From an uncultured Acidobacteriota bacterium (GTDB taxonomy: Bacteria > Acidobacteriota > Thermoanaerobaculia > Multivoradales > JAHEKO01): a stretch of DNA of 64,000 bases. A program made the translations under genes and the position numbers. Location of the stretch: positions 672,001 to 736,000 of the forward strand of contig CAVQNG010000003.1 of NCBI GenBank assembly GCA_963713825.1, written 5' to 3'. The notes under the pieces were generated by a model. That model was not told the DNA's origin. It worked only from the letters and a program-made list of their open reading frames with translations, and ran no database searches. Shown here piece after piece: positions 51,203-61,600 of this stretch. Within the stretch, counting starts at the first letter, position 1; every line of letters starts with the position of its first letter.

Positions 51203-52330
51203 ATGCAACAGACTCGTATCACAGCCCTTTTCCTGACTGCACTGGTCGTCGGTTTCGGGGTCGCCTCGGGTGCCGATCTCGACCCCAACGCCGCGGCCCG
51301 CTTCGCCGGCCTGGCGCTCGATTGTGTGCATCGGGAGTATCCGAACAAGATCGCTCATGTCCTGGATAGCGACGAGGATGTCCAGCCGCCTCGACAGCTG
51401 ACACCGGTCTTCTATGGCTGCTACGACTGGCACTCGGCGGTGCATGGACACTGGCTGCTGGCACGGCTGGCGCGCTCCTTCCCCGGTACCGAGCTGGATC
51501 GCCAAGCCCGCGAAGCACTGGACAGGAGCTTCATCCCGCAGAACGTCCAGGGTGAAGTGGCCTATCTCGAGGGCTCGGGCAGGATTTCCTTCGAGCGTCC
51601 CTATGGCCTCGCCTGGCTCCTGCAATTGGCTGCCGAGTTCCGCCAATGGGACGACCCCAGGGCGCAGTGGTGGGCTTTTACCCTGGGTCCCCTCGAGAGG
51701 GTCGCCGTCGAGCGACTGACCGAATGGCTACCCAAGCTGACCGACCCCATTCGGGTCGGAGAGCACTCGCAGACCGCATTCGCTTTCGGTCTGATTCTGG
51801 ACTGGGCCCGCATCGCGGGCGATCAGGACATGACCGCTCTGATGGTGTCGCGGATCCGCGATTTCTACTTGCGTGACCGCAATTGCCCACTGTCCTACGA
51901 ACCCTCTGGCCAGGACTTCCTGTCCCCTTGCCTGGCCGAGGCCGATCTCGTGCGCCGGGTTCTGCCGCCCGCGGAGTTCGCGGCCTGGTTGGGGGCCTTC
52001 CTGCCGGAGATTCCCTTCGATGGCACGACGACCTGGCTGGAGCCCGCGGTGGTCACCGATCCAGAGGATCCGAAACTCGCCCACCTCGACGGCCTGAACC
52101 TGAGCCGCGCCTGGATGCTGGACGGTATCGCCTCCGGGTTACCCGCGGCGGATCCCCGCCTGGGCTCGATTCGGGGCGCCGCTGATCAGCACAGGAATGA
52201 TGGTCTCGGCTCGGTCACAGGCGAGCACTATGAAGGCGGCCATTGGCTGGGCAGCTTCGCCACCTATCTGGTCACGCAAAGGGGTCTTTCGAACCTGGCA
52301 GAACAGGAACAAGACGGCAAGAAGAAGTGA
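51203..52330 (+). CDS. DUF2891 protein
   Basis: REYPNK, FYGCYDWHSAVHGHW, FERPYG.AW, HLDGLNLSRAW, YEGGHWL. Confidence 0.92.
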   Translation: MQQTRITALFLTALVVGFGVASGADLDPNAAARFAGLALDCVHREYPNKIAHVLDSDEDVQPPRQLTPVFYGCYDWHSAVHGHWLLARLARSFPGTELDRQAREALDRSFIPQNVQGEVAYLEGSGRISFERPYGLAWLLQLAAEFRQWDDPRAQWWAFTLGPLERVAVERLTEWLPKLTDPIRVGEHSQTAFAFGLILDWARIAGDQDMTALMVSRIRDFYLRDRNCPLSYEPSGQDFLSPCLAEADLVRRVLPPAEFAAWLGAFLPEIPFDGTTTWLEPAVVTDPEDPKLAHLDGLNLSRAWMLDGIASGLPAADPRLGSIRGAADQHRNDGLGSVTGEHYEGGHWLGSFATYLVTQRGLSNLAEQEQDGKKK

Positions 52331-52410
52331 GGTCGGTCTTGGGCAACCGTTGATCTCGGCCCCCTCCCTTCCCCCGCGCCACTCGTTGTCGCGATGAGAG
52401 TCCACCAGCC

Positions 52411-54153
52411 TTGCGCATTACAGACTCACAAGCCCTGTTCCGGCCGACCTACCGTCTGGTGCTGTACTGCGTCGTGGTGGGCCTGTTCGGAGCCCTGGCG
52501 GCCCTGGCCTTCGATTTCCTCGTCGACTGGGCCCAGAGGTTCCTGCTCGGTGGGATCGGTCACTTCCCGACTCCCGAGGTCACCCCGACCGAGACGCAGG
52601 TCTTCATTCCGCAGGGACTCGACCGGCTCTGGCTGCCCCTGGTAACCACCCTCGGAGGCTTGCTTAGCGGTTGGCTGGTCTATCGCTGGGCCCCCGAGGC
52701 CGAAGGACACGGTACCGACGCCGCCATCGCCGCCTACCATCGCCGCGGAGGCGAGGTTCGCGGCCGCATTCCTTTCATCAAGGCTATGGCTTCCGCTCTG
52801 ACAATCGGCTCGGGCGGTGTCGCGGGCCGGGAGGGACCCACGGCACAGATCGCCGTTGGATTGGGGACTTCCCTGGCACGTTGGGCTGGGCTGCGAGGCC
52901 AGGAGCGGCGATCTCTGCTGTTGGCCGGCATGGCAGCTGGACTCGCCGCGATGTTCCGCGCCCCCTTGGGGATGGCCATTTTCGCGGTGGAGATCCTCTA
53001 CTCGGGGATGGTGTTCGAGTCGGAGGCGCTGATCTATACGGTAATCGCTGCCGTGACCTCCTATGCCTTCTATGGTCTCTTTGCGGGTTGGGATCGCCTC
53101 TTCTTCATCCCCGATCCCCTGCGCTTCGAAGATGCGCCCCTGTCTCTGCTCAGTTTCGCGGTCCTCGGGATCCTCGCCGGCCTCCTCGGGGCCGTCCTGC
53201 CGACGATGCTCTACTGGGTACGAGACCGCTTTCGACGCCTGCCGGGACCACCCCATATCCGGCCCGCGATTGGCGGCCTCATGGTCGGTATCCTGGCGCT
53301 GGCCGCACCCGAGATTCTGGGAACCGGGTACGTCTGGGTCGAGTTGGCGATGCTCGAGAAGCTGTCGCTGACCACCATCCTGCTGCTGTTGATTCTCAAG
53401 GCACCTGCCATGGCCCTGACCATTGGGTCGGGCGGCTCGGGCGGGGTCTTCGCTCCCACCGTAACAATCGGCGGCATGCTGGGTGCGGCGATCGGGTTGC
53501 TCGTCAACCACCTCGCCCCGGCCGCCGGCATGCCCGTGGCCGCGTTCGTCGTCGTGGGGATGGCCGCGGTCTTCTCCGGCGCTGCCCGCACGCCGATCTC
53601 GACACTCATCATGGTGGCGGAGATGACGGGTGGATACGACCTCATCGTTCCCGCCATGTTGGCCAACATCCTGGCCTTCATGGTGCAAAGGTCCCTGACC
53701 GCGGGTAGCCGCTACCCGACGCTCTATGAATCCCAAGTTCCATCACGTGAGGACTCGCCGTTGCACCGCGGCGTCTTTGTCCGGCGAACTCTAGAGTTGC
53801 TCGACCAGGAAGGCGTCGAGACGAGCCAGTTTCGTCTGCCTCGCCTGGTGAATCTGTTGCGTTTCGGAGAGTCGATTCCAATCGCCGATGGCGAAGGAAA
53901 GCTCGTGGCACTCTGGGTCGGCCGCGGCTCCGAGTTGGCCGACCGAACCGTTGTCGAGACGCTCGGCAAGCTCCAAGGAGTGACAGCGGTGGCGGTGATG
54001 CGCAAAGGAGAGTTGCTGGTGCCCCGTGGGGATACCCGCTTTCGGGAGGGAGACCAGTTATTGGCGGTGACCGCTTCGGCCATCGATCGAGATCTGAGTC
54101 GCCTCGCCATGGCGACGAGCGAAGCTCACGAATCGGAGGTTTCGCCCGAATAA
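52411..54153 (+). CDS. ClC-family chloride channel/transporter with C-terminal TrkA-C (RCK_C) domain
   Basis: EGHGTD, GREGP, GSGGVFAP, LYESQ, C-terminal VAVMRKGELLVPRGDTRFREGD. Confidence 0.92.
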   Translation: MRITDSQALFRPTYRLVLYCVVVGLFGALAALAFDFLVDWAQRFLLGGIGHFPTPEVTPTETQVFIPQGLDRLWLPLVTTLGGLLSGWLVYRWAPEAEGHGTDAAIAAYHRRGGEVRGRIPFIKAMASALTIGSGGVAGREGPTAQIAVGLGTSLARWAGLRGQERRSLLLAGMAAGLAAMFRAPLGMAIFAVEILYSGMVFESEALIYTVIAAVTSYAFYGLFAGWDRLFFIPDPLRFEDAPLSLLSFAVLGILAGLLGAVLPTMLYWVRDRFRRLPGPPHIRPAIGGLMVGILALAAPEILGTGYVWVELAMLEKLSLTTILLLLILKAPAMALTIGSGGSGGVFAPTVTIGGMLGAAIGLLVNHLAPAAGMPVAAFVVVGMAAVFSGAARTPISTLIMVAEMTGGYDLIVPAMLANILAFMVQRSLTAGSRYPTLYESQVPSREDSPLHRGVFVRRTLELLDQEGVETSQFRLPRLVNLLRFGESIPIADGEGKLVALWVGRGSELADRTVVETLGKLQGVTAVAVMRKGELLVPRGDTRFREGDQLLAVTASAIDRDLSRLAMATSEAHESEVSPE

Positions 54154-54195
54154 GGCTTCTGATCAAGCCATTGATGTCGATTCTAGGAGGGAAGA

Positions 54196-54600
54196 ATGGC
54201 GATGATGAAAGTTACCTTTCCCGGTGGACTGGCTGTCGATGCCCATTGCAAAGGGCACTCGATTCACACCGACCAACCCGAGAAGAACGGCGGCGACGAC
54301 ACCGGTCCGGCTCCATTCGATCTCTTTCTGGCCTCGATTGCCACCTGCGCGGGACTTTACGCTTTGCGCTTCTGTGAAAAGAGGGGCTTTGCGGCCGAAG
54401 AGCTCGCAGTATCCCTGGAACCGGTACGGGACCCGGAGAACAAGCGGGTGGCGACCATTCGCATCGAGGTCCACCTGCCGCAGGGCTTTCCCGACAAGTA
54501 CCACTCTGCCGTCCTTCGGGCCATCGATCAATGCGCCGTCAAGCGGCACATCGTCAATCCACCCGACTTCGACGTTCAGATCGCCGGCTCGGACGCCTGA
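54196..54600 (+). CDS. OsmC-family protein
   Basis: TDQP..GG..PAPFDLFLASIATC and DQCAVKRH (two Cys). Confidence 0.92.
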   Translation: MAMMKVTFPGGLAVDAHCKGHSIHTDQPEKNGGDDTGPAPFDLFLASIATCAGLYALRFCEKRGFAAEELAVSLEPVRDPENKRVATIRIEVHLPQGFPDKYHSAVLRAIDQCAVKRHIVNPPDFDVQIAGSDA

Positions 54601-54627
54601 TCCCGGTCGTTCACCAGGAGATCTCTG

Positions 54628-56463
54628 ATGCAACGCTCACGACTCTTGCACGTCCTCTGGCTCTTCACCTGTTCAGCGGTTCTCGTAGCCGCTCCACCCG
54701 AGACTACGATCGATCCCGAATCTCTACTGCCGCCAGTCATGGCTTGGGATGGGGCCAGCCGGAGCTGGATCGCTGCGACCGATGACCCTTGGCGAACACC
54801 TGCTGAGGCGAGCGAGTTCCGAACGACTCCCGACTACGACACCACGGTCGCCTGGGTCGAGCGCCTCGTGGAGGCCTCGCCTCGGCTACACAAGGTCTCG
54901 CTCGGTGACAGCCTCGAGGGCCGCCCGATCTGGATGGTTGTCGCTTCGGCGGATGGTGCCGATTCCCCAGAGGCGCTTCACGCCAGTGGTCGACCGATCC
55001 TGCTCGCCCACGCAGGCATCCATTCTGGTGAAATCGATGGCAAGGATGCTGGCCTGATGCTCTTGCGGGACCTCACGGTCGGTGGCCGTCAGAGCGAGCT
55101 TCTCGAGGCCGTCAGCTTCCTGTTCGTTCCCATTCTGAACGTCGATGGTCACGAGCGCCGTTCCGCCTACAACCGCATGAATCAGCGCGGACCCGACGAG
55201 ATGGGGTGGCGCACGAACGCCGCCAATCTCAATCTCAACCGGGACTACGCCAAGCTCGACACTCCCGAGATTCGGGCCCTGATTCGAGCGCTCGATCTCT
55301 GGCGACCCGACCTCTATCTCGACCTCCACGTCACCGATGGAATGGACAAGCAACACGATGTGACATGGGGATTCCACGGGGCCCATTCCTGGTCTCCAGC
55401 AGGCGGTGCCTGGCTGGAGAAGCAGCTCGATGTCGCCCTGGTGCGGGAGCTCGAGGCTGCTGGGCACATCCCGGGGCCGCACATCTTCTCGCTGGACCGC
55501 CGGGATCCGAGCCAGGGAATCCTGAAGTGGATCGGAGGTGTCCGCTACTCGGACGGCTATGGTGCCGCCCGCCATCTTCCTACCGTTCTGGTCGAGAATC
55601 ACTCTCTCAAACCCTACGAGCAGCGGGTTCTGGGAACCTATGTCCTGCTGGCCACCAGCCTGCGCACGCTTGGCGAGTCCGGCGAGGAGCTTCGCGCCGC
55701 TGTCCACGCCGATCAGGAGCGTAGGCCTTCCGAGGTCGTCCTCGGATGGGGCAAGAGTGAGGTGCCCAATGCCGCCCCTATGCCGTTTCCGGCTGTCGAA
55801 GTGCAACTCTCGCCATCGGAGGTCTCCGGCAGCGAGCGCATCGAGTGGACCGGCAGGAAGGTGGACCTCGAAGTGCCGGTCTTCGAGACCTCGCGGCCGC
55901 TGGGAAAGGTCGAGCCCCCACCGGCCTACTGGCTCCCCGCGGCCTGGCCGGAGGTGATCGAGCGCCTACTCCTCCATGGTGTGATTGTCGAAACCCTCTC
56001 AGAGCCTCGGGAAATCGAGGTCGATGTCTATCATCTCGGCGAGCCGCAATACGGGGAAGAGCCCTACGAAGGTCGCTTCACGGTCAAGGCCGAAGCCACG
56101 CTGGAACGCACTACACAAATCTTTCCCGTCGGCTCCGTTCGAGTTCCCGTGGACCAACCCCTGGGCAACCTGGCCGTACTGCTCCTGGAGCCCGCGTCGC
56201 CGGACTCCTTCTTCCAGTGGGGCTTCTTCCATCCGATCTTTCAGCGAACCGAGTACGGAGAGAGCTACGCCCTCGAACCGCTGGCCGAGCAGATGCTGGA
56301 CGACCCCGAGGTCGAGGCGGCTTTTCATCGCCGATTGGAAGAGGACCCAGAGTTCGCCGCCAACCCTCGACAACGCTTGGAGTGGTTCTACGAGCGCAGT
56401 CCCTTCTTCGACGAACGCTGGCGTGTCTACCCCGTGGCCCGCGAGATTCCGTCAGGCCGCTAG
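54628..56463 (+). CDS. Secreted M14 zinc carboxypeptidase-family protein
   Basis: Signal peptide, GIHSGE, NVDG, NLNRD, DLH, VENH. Confidence 0.9.
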   Translation: MQRSRLLHVLWLFTCSAVLVAAPPETTIDPESLLPPVMAWDGASRSWIAATDDPWRTPAEASEFRTTPDYDTTVAWVERLVEASPRLHKVSLGDSLEGRPIWMVVASADGADSPEALHASGRPILLAHAGIHSGEIDGKDAGLMLLRDLTVGGRQSELLEAVSFLFVPILNVDGHERRSAYNRMNQRGPDEMGWRTNAANLNLNRDYAKLDTPEIRALIRALDLWRPDLYLDLHVTDGMDKQHDVTWGFHGAHSWSPAGGAWLEKQLDVALVRELEAAGHIPGPHIFSLDRRDPSQGILKWIGGVRYSDGYGAARHLPTVLVENHSLKPYEQRVLGTYVLLATSLRTLGESGEELRAAVHADQERRPSEVVLGWGKSEVPNAAPMPFPAVEVQLSPSEVSGSERIEWTGRKVDLEVPVFETSRPLGKVEPPPAYWLPAAWPEVIERLLLHGVIVETLSEPREIEVDVYHLGEPQYGEEPYEGRFTVKAEATLERTTQIFPVGSVRVPVDQPLGNLAVLLLEPASPDSFFQWGFFHPIFQRTEYGESYALEPLAEQMLDDPEVEAAFHRRLEEDPEFAANPRQRLEWFYERSPFFDERWRVYPVAREIPSGR

Positions 56464-56532
56464 ACCCGCACCCTCTGGATGGTGTCCCGGACACTGCGCC
56501 GGAACCCAATTCGGTTCTGGTAGCCTGACCCG

Positions 56533-57819
56533 ATGAAAAGCCGTGAGCGCCAGGTCTTGCCGCTTCTGGCGGTGTGCGTGGCAATCGTACTCCACGTGTT
56601 GGTAGTGCTGAGTATCTCAAGCCAGCCACCGGACGTCGGTGCGGCCCCAGCGTCGGAGCGTTCTCGGGTGTGGGGACTGTTTCACGACGCCGTACACCGA
56701 GTAGGTCCAGCAGCGGACTTCTTCGCGGTTTACCACGCAGGAGTAGCGGTGAACCAGGGCCGTAGCCCCTACCAGGGACAAGAGGATCCCCGGAGAACGC
56801 CCTACTTCTACCCATTCCGCTACCACCCTCTGGTTGCCGCGACACTAGGGCGAGCGGCCAGCCTCGTTTCCCCCAGAGTGGCCTACCTGCTTTGGATCCT
56901 GACTCTGGAGCTCCTTTTGGTAGGACTGGTGGTGCTCGTGCGGCAACACCTCCCAGGACAAATGGAAAGGGTTTTGGCAACGTGGGTTCTTTTGGTGAGT
57001 GCCCCGTATTTTCTCGAGCTCCATATGGGACAGTTCACCTTCGCTGCAGTTGGCTTGGCAGCGGTAGCTCTCTTGACAGCACCCTGCCCGAGCAAACCGA
57101 GACAAGCACCGGCTGCCTCGGCCTTCAGCGCTGCTGTCGTCCTGAAGATGGTTCCGGCCGCAATGATCCCAGCCCTGGTTCTCCACCGCCGCTGGTGGCT
57201 TCCGGTTGGATTAGCGCTGGCACTTACGGTTGGCGGAGGGCTCGCGTGGTTCACATCTCATCCCGGAGACTGGGAACTCTTTCGTCAGGCCAACGATATT
57301 CAAAGATCCGTCGGCGAGGATTCGGGCAACTTCAGCATCCCTCACACAGCGGCACTGATTCTCGGCCGACAGGTCGACCCTCGTATGTCATGGCTCTGGC
57401 GCATCCTTCTCGGTGGCTGGGTTCTGGTCACGGTTCTACTTTGTGGCGGCAGAAACCCGCTCGTCGGAGCAAGTGCCCTAGCGCTCGTTCACTTCTGCAC
57501 CTATCCACAGGTCTGGGAGCACCACTCGAGCGCTGTGATCGTGTTGGGTCTCTTGGCGATGCCCGAGGTCACGGACGTCCGCTCGAGGGCCGCTATCTGG
57601 GGTGTATTGATCCTGCTGGCGATGCCCTCTCCGTACTTCCTCTTGGATCCAATCAAGAATCCTGCCCTGCTAACACCTGAGGGCTGGTCCGCCAGCCGAG
57701 GGATTCTCCTCGCGGCTTCTCGGTCGATTCCCACTTTGGCTCTGATGGGGATTCTTCTCGGCGTCTTGGTGGCAGCGACCACCGCTCGCCACAGGAGCAC
57801 TATCGAGTACGAGGTATAG
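56533..57819 (+). CDS. GT87/DUF2029-like membrane glycosyltransferase
   Basis: ADFFAVY..G..PY, FRYHP, GQF, LKMVP, GNFS, VWEHH. Confidence 0.75.
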   Translation: MKSRERQVLPLLAVCVAIVLHVLVVLSISSQPPDVGAAPASERSRVWGLFHDAVHRVGPAADFFAVYHAGVAVNQGRSPYQGQEDPRRTPYFYPFRYHPLVAATLGRAASLVSPRVAYLLWILTLELLLVGLVVLVRQHLPGQMERVLATWVLLVSAPYFLELHMGQFTFAAVGLAAVALLTAPCPSKPRQAPAASAFSAAVVLKMVPAAMIPALVLHRRWWLPVGLALALTVGGGLAWFTSHPGDWELFRQANDIQRSVGEDSGNFSIPHTAALILGRQVDPRMSWLWRILLGGWVLVTVLLCGGRNPLVGASALALVHFCTYPQVWEHHSSAVIVLGLLAMPEVTDVRSRAAIWGVLILLAMPSPYFLLDPIKNPALLTPEGWSASRGILLAASRSIPTLALMGILLGVLVAATTARHRSTIEYEV

Positions 57820-57882
57820 GACTGGAATTAGCCTCAACCGCTCTGCTTGAATAGGCGAGCCGACTGGCTCGCGGCCCAACTG

Positions 57883-58413
57883 CTACGGACAGACGTCGGC
57901 GTTGCTGGGAACCTGGCCGGTCAGAACCAGAAAGTTGCCGAAGGGACCCATGTTGTTCATGGCCTCACCTTTCGGACCCTTGAACTTCAGTCGGCCGAAC
58001 ATCATCGCTTTCATGGGTCCGTACTTGCCCGCTCCCATCTCCTGCCAACGCTGAGTGTCGGCGAACATCAGATAGTCGGCTTTCTTGCTCAGCTCCTCGA
58101 CGGTGACGGCTCCGCCGTAGACACACTCCGTCGATCCGTCGCGATCTTCGATTCGCATCTCGACCCGGGGACTGTCCTCGCAGTCGCGGCGGTAGATCTG
58201 CATGATCTTGAAGCCGCGGTCGAGATCGTTCTGCATCCACTTACCGAGCTCGCCGGTAAGCCTTTCGTCCTCGTTCCAGGCCTCGCAAGCCAACTCGGCC
58301 CAGTCGGCGGACATGAAGACGAGTTCTTCGCCACTGGCGGGTGAAACGAGAATCGGCGCCAGGAGCACCACCAAAGCGAGCGTGGTGACACTTATCGTGA
58401 TGAGCCTCTTCAT
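57883..58413 (-). CDS. Secreted SCP2 sterol/lipid-binding domain protein
   Basis: Signal peptide, FMSADWA..CEAWN, GPMKAMMFGRLKFKGP. RBS AAGGAGG. Confidence 0.8.
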   Translation of the reverse strand: MKRLITISVTTLALVVLLAPILVSPASGEELVFMSADWAELACEAWNEDERLTGELGKWMQNDLDRGFKIMQIYRRDCEDSPRVEMRIEDRDGSTECVYGGAVTVEELSKKADYLMFADTQRWQEMGAGKYGPMKAMMFGRLKFKGPKGEAMNNMGPFGNFLVLTGQVPSNADVCP

Positions 58414-58607
58414 TTTGCAGCCTCCTTGTCCCCGGGTTGTCGTTGCTCATGCTCACGATCTGCTCGACACCGCGAGGAAGTCATCTGGGATGTGTCGAGA
58501 GCAACATGTATTGTGGGGGCTGTCGGCTCCTCCCACCACACTCTTTTGGGTGGTGGTGGCGGCGTAGCTCTCAAGGTGGGGTTGACTACCCCTTGGGATG
58601 GGCCGTC

Positions 58608-61600
58608 TCAGTACCGTCGCCGCAGCTTCAGAGCTCCCGGCTCGCGGGAGACGCTGAACATCTCGGCCAACGGCACGACGTAGGGACTGTCCACTGCGGC
58701 CTCTCCATTGATCGACTCGACGGCAATGCCGTGCAGGGGATCGAACTGTCGGGTCAGCAGGACCTTCAGGAAGCCGAAGTAGTCCCGCAGAAAGGGATGG
58801 TCGGGGTCGACATCGATCTGGAGGTCGTGACCCTGCCGTCGGCTCACCACCACCAACTCGGTGCCGTGATAGACGAGGTGTGTTCCCACCCGCCTGGGTG
58901 GGAGGCGCCCCTTGAGCCCTTCGAGGGCCAGACCGCAGGCAGAAGCCGGATCGAGCGCCCCCAGCCAGAAGATCCTGTCGGCCGGCAAGCCCTCGCGGAG
59001 CCAACGGTAGGCCGCAGGAGACATGAACTGCAGGCCAGGTATGCCCTGGAAGAAATGACCGGCCAACACCTCACCCGACAGCTCCATGATGCGAAGCGTC
59101 CGAAAGAGGCTGGACCAGCCGAGCACCGAGAACTCGCGGACCAACAACTCCCTGAAGAGGATCCCGTAGCGCTGCAGCAGCTGACGGACCCTCTCCCTGT
59201 TGAGCTCCTCGATCTCCAAGGCATCGCGTTCCACCTCGAGACTGTCGGGGCTTGCCAAGCGATACCAATCGCCTGGCACCGTTCTGGCGGATCGCCAGCG
59301 CTCCGGTCTGGAGCGCCGCACACGGCGCGAGCTGTCCGTCGATGGGCCGGTAGCTGAGATCTGCGACTCTGTGATCCGAAACTGATGAAGGGCCGCCTGC
59401 CGCACGACCAGAAAGGTCGAGTTCGAGATCCTCCCCTGCCAGGCCAGAGACCACAGGCTGTCAGCCAACTGAGCTGCATCGAGGCCCGTCTCGCGCCCCA
59501 ACTCTTCCAGTCCGAACCGTCCTTCATGCCGACCAAGGACCTCCAGCAGCGCCACCTCCGGGTCTGGAACCTCGTCGGCAGCACCCGGCGGTGGGAACAA
59601 CTCGAGCTCTGGTCGCAGGGCGAAGGTCAACTTCTCCTTGCCGCAGCCGACCCAGGCCAGATCGGTCTCCTGCATCAGGGCATCTAGCCAGGCCGTGTAG
59701 TAGGGGTCCAGGCGGGCTGGCAAAAACTCCGACTCCCAAAGCCGGGCTGGTGCCGGATAGCCGAACAGCTCCTCCAGGGCCGCTTTCAGGCGCTCGGGAT
59801 CGCCCCCTGCGCTGCCCAGTTCCTGCTGCGTAGCGAGGAACAGGGGTAGCTGGTCGAGAGGTAGCGCCTCGAAGGAGGGTCGAGCCTCGGCCCGCAACAG
59901 CCTCAAAAGGCGTTCGAGATTGTCACTGTCGCAGATCTCGAGCGGTGAATCGTCCCCGCTCCGGAAGCGATCGATCACGACCCCCTCCTCTTCGAGCAGT
60001 GCTTCCACTACATCCCGTGTCTCGACCTCGCTCAGGGCGAAGGTCTTCACCAGTCGCTGCTCGACGAAGGGGCCTTGGAACCGGATCCACTCCGACACCA
60101 TTTCCACGAGCGTCGCCCCAGTCTGATCACTCGCACCCGCGGCCTCTTCCGAGGCCGCGGCCAGGCGCTCCTCCGCCCACGCCAAGGCCACCCGGGCGCC
60201 GGGGGATCCACTGACCAAAGGGTGAAGCTCGACGCTGCCCTGGCGCCAGCCCAGGCTGCGGCAGAGCCGGGGGAGATCCTCGACGTGGACGACCACTTCG
60301 AGACCTCTTCTCGAATCGCCGCCCCGAACCCATAAGAGCCGCTCTGAGGCCGACTCCAGAAGGGCTTCGAGGCCGGGCTCCGCCGCCACCAGGTCTCTTT
60401 CCATTGCGCCGAGAAGCCCCTGCCACTCGCTGGCCGTCAGGACCACCCGCTCGCGGGCCCAATCCGTGAGATCTCGAGCTGTCTGCGGAGCATAGCCCGG
60501 GTAGACCCTCTGTAGCTTGCGCTCGAACCGATCCACCAGGGCGGATGGCAAACGCGGCCGCAGTTGGGAGCTGTAGACCAACTCCTGAAGCAGGTCGCGG
60601 CGAAGGCCAGAAGACAGAACGTCCTCGGGAACGTCATCCTCGTACATCAGGCGGTTGGTCTGCTTCCAGAGTACGTTAGCCGCCAGAGGCGAGGCCTCCG
60701 AGGTGGAGACTTCGCTCCAGCGAATCTCTCCCCTCTCCAACTCGCCGAGAACGAGCTTGAGACTCTGCAGATCGAACTCGTCCTGGAGGCAGGTTCGCCA
60801 GGTCTCCACCAAAATCGGGAAGTCCTCATACCGAGAAACCGAGGCCAACATCTTCTTGGCGCGCTGACGGTTGAGCCACAGAGGTACGCGACGCCGGAAG
60901 CTGGCCCGTGGTAGCAGCAGGGCCCGACCCGCGTTTTCACGAAAACGCGCTCCGAAGAACCCACTTTGTTCGAGGCTGTGACGCAGGAGCTCTTCCACGT
61001 TGTCGGGACGCACTAGCCCCAGGAGGCGATCGACATCCAGACGCTCGTCAGCGGAGAACAGGAGGCAGTCGTTGTCCTGCTCGATGGAGAGCGGCAGACC
61101 CTCCTCCCTGTCCCAGGCCGCCGCCAGGGCCAGGGCCCAGGGTCGGTTGACCTGTCCACCCCAGTGGGTGTGCAGTACCAACCCACTGCGGCCTTGCCGT
61201 GGGTCGGGGTCCATCACCCTTTCCACCACAAGGTGCTTGCGGTGGGGCAAGCCACAACCGGTCACCGCCCGCTGTTGCTCGAGGAGACGCACCAGATCCT
61301 CGGCCGCCGAGGCTTCGACGCTGTGCTCTTCTCGCAGTCGTCGCAACAGAACAGCGCGGCCGTCCTCGCTCTCCAGAAGGCGGTCGGCTCGCTCTAGGAA
61401 CTCGGCGGCTTTGGAGGCCAGATGAAAGCTCCGATTGCGCTCTTCGGCCCTCCAGAAGGGCGCCATGGCAGAGGAGCGATGCGCCGGTACGACCAGCACG
61501 TCATTGTGAGTGATGCTCCGGATCTGCCAGTTCTGTGCCCCCAGCGTGAAGGTGTCGCCCACCGAGCGCTCCCAAACGAACTCCTCATCCAGCTCCCCGA

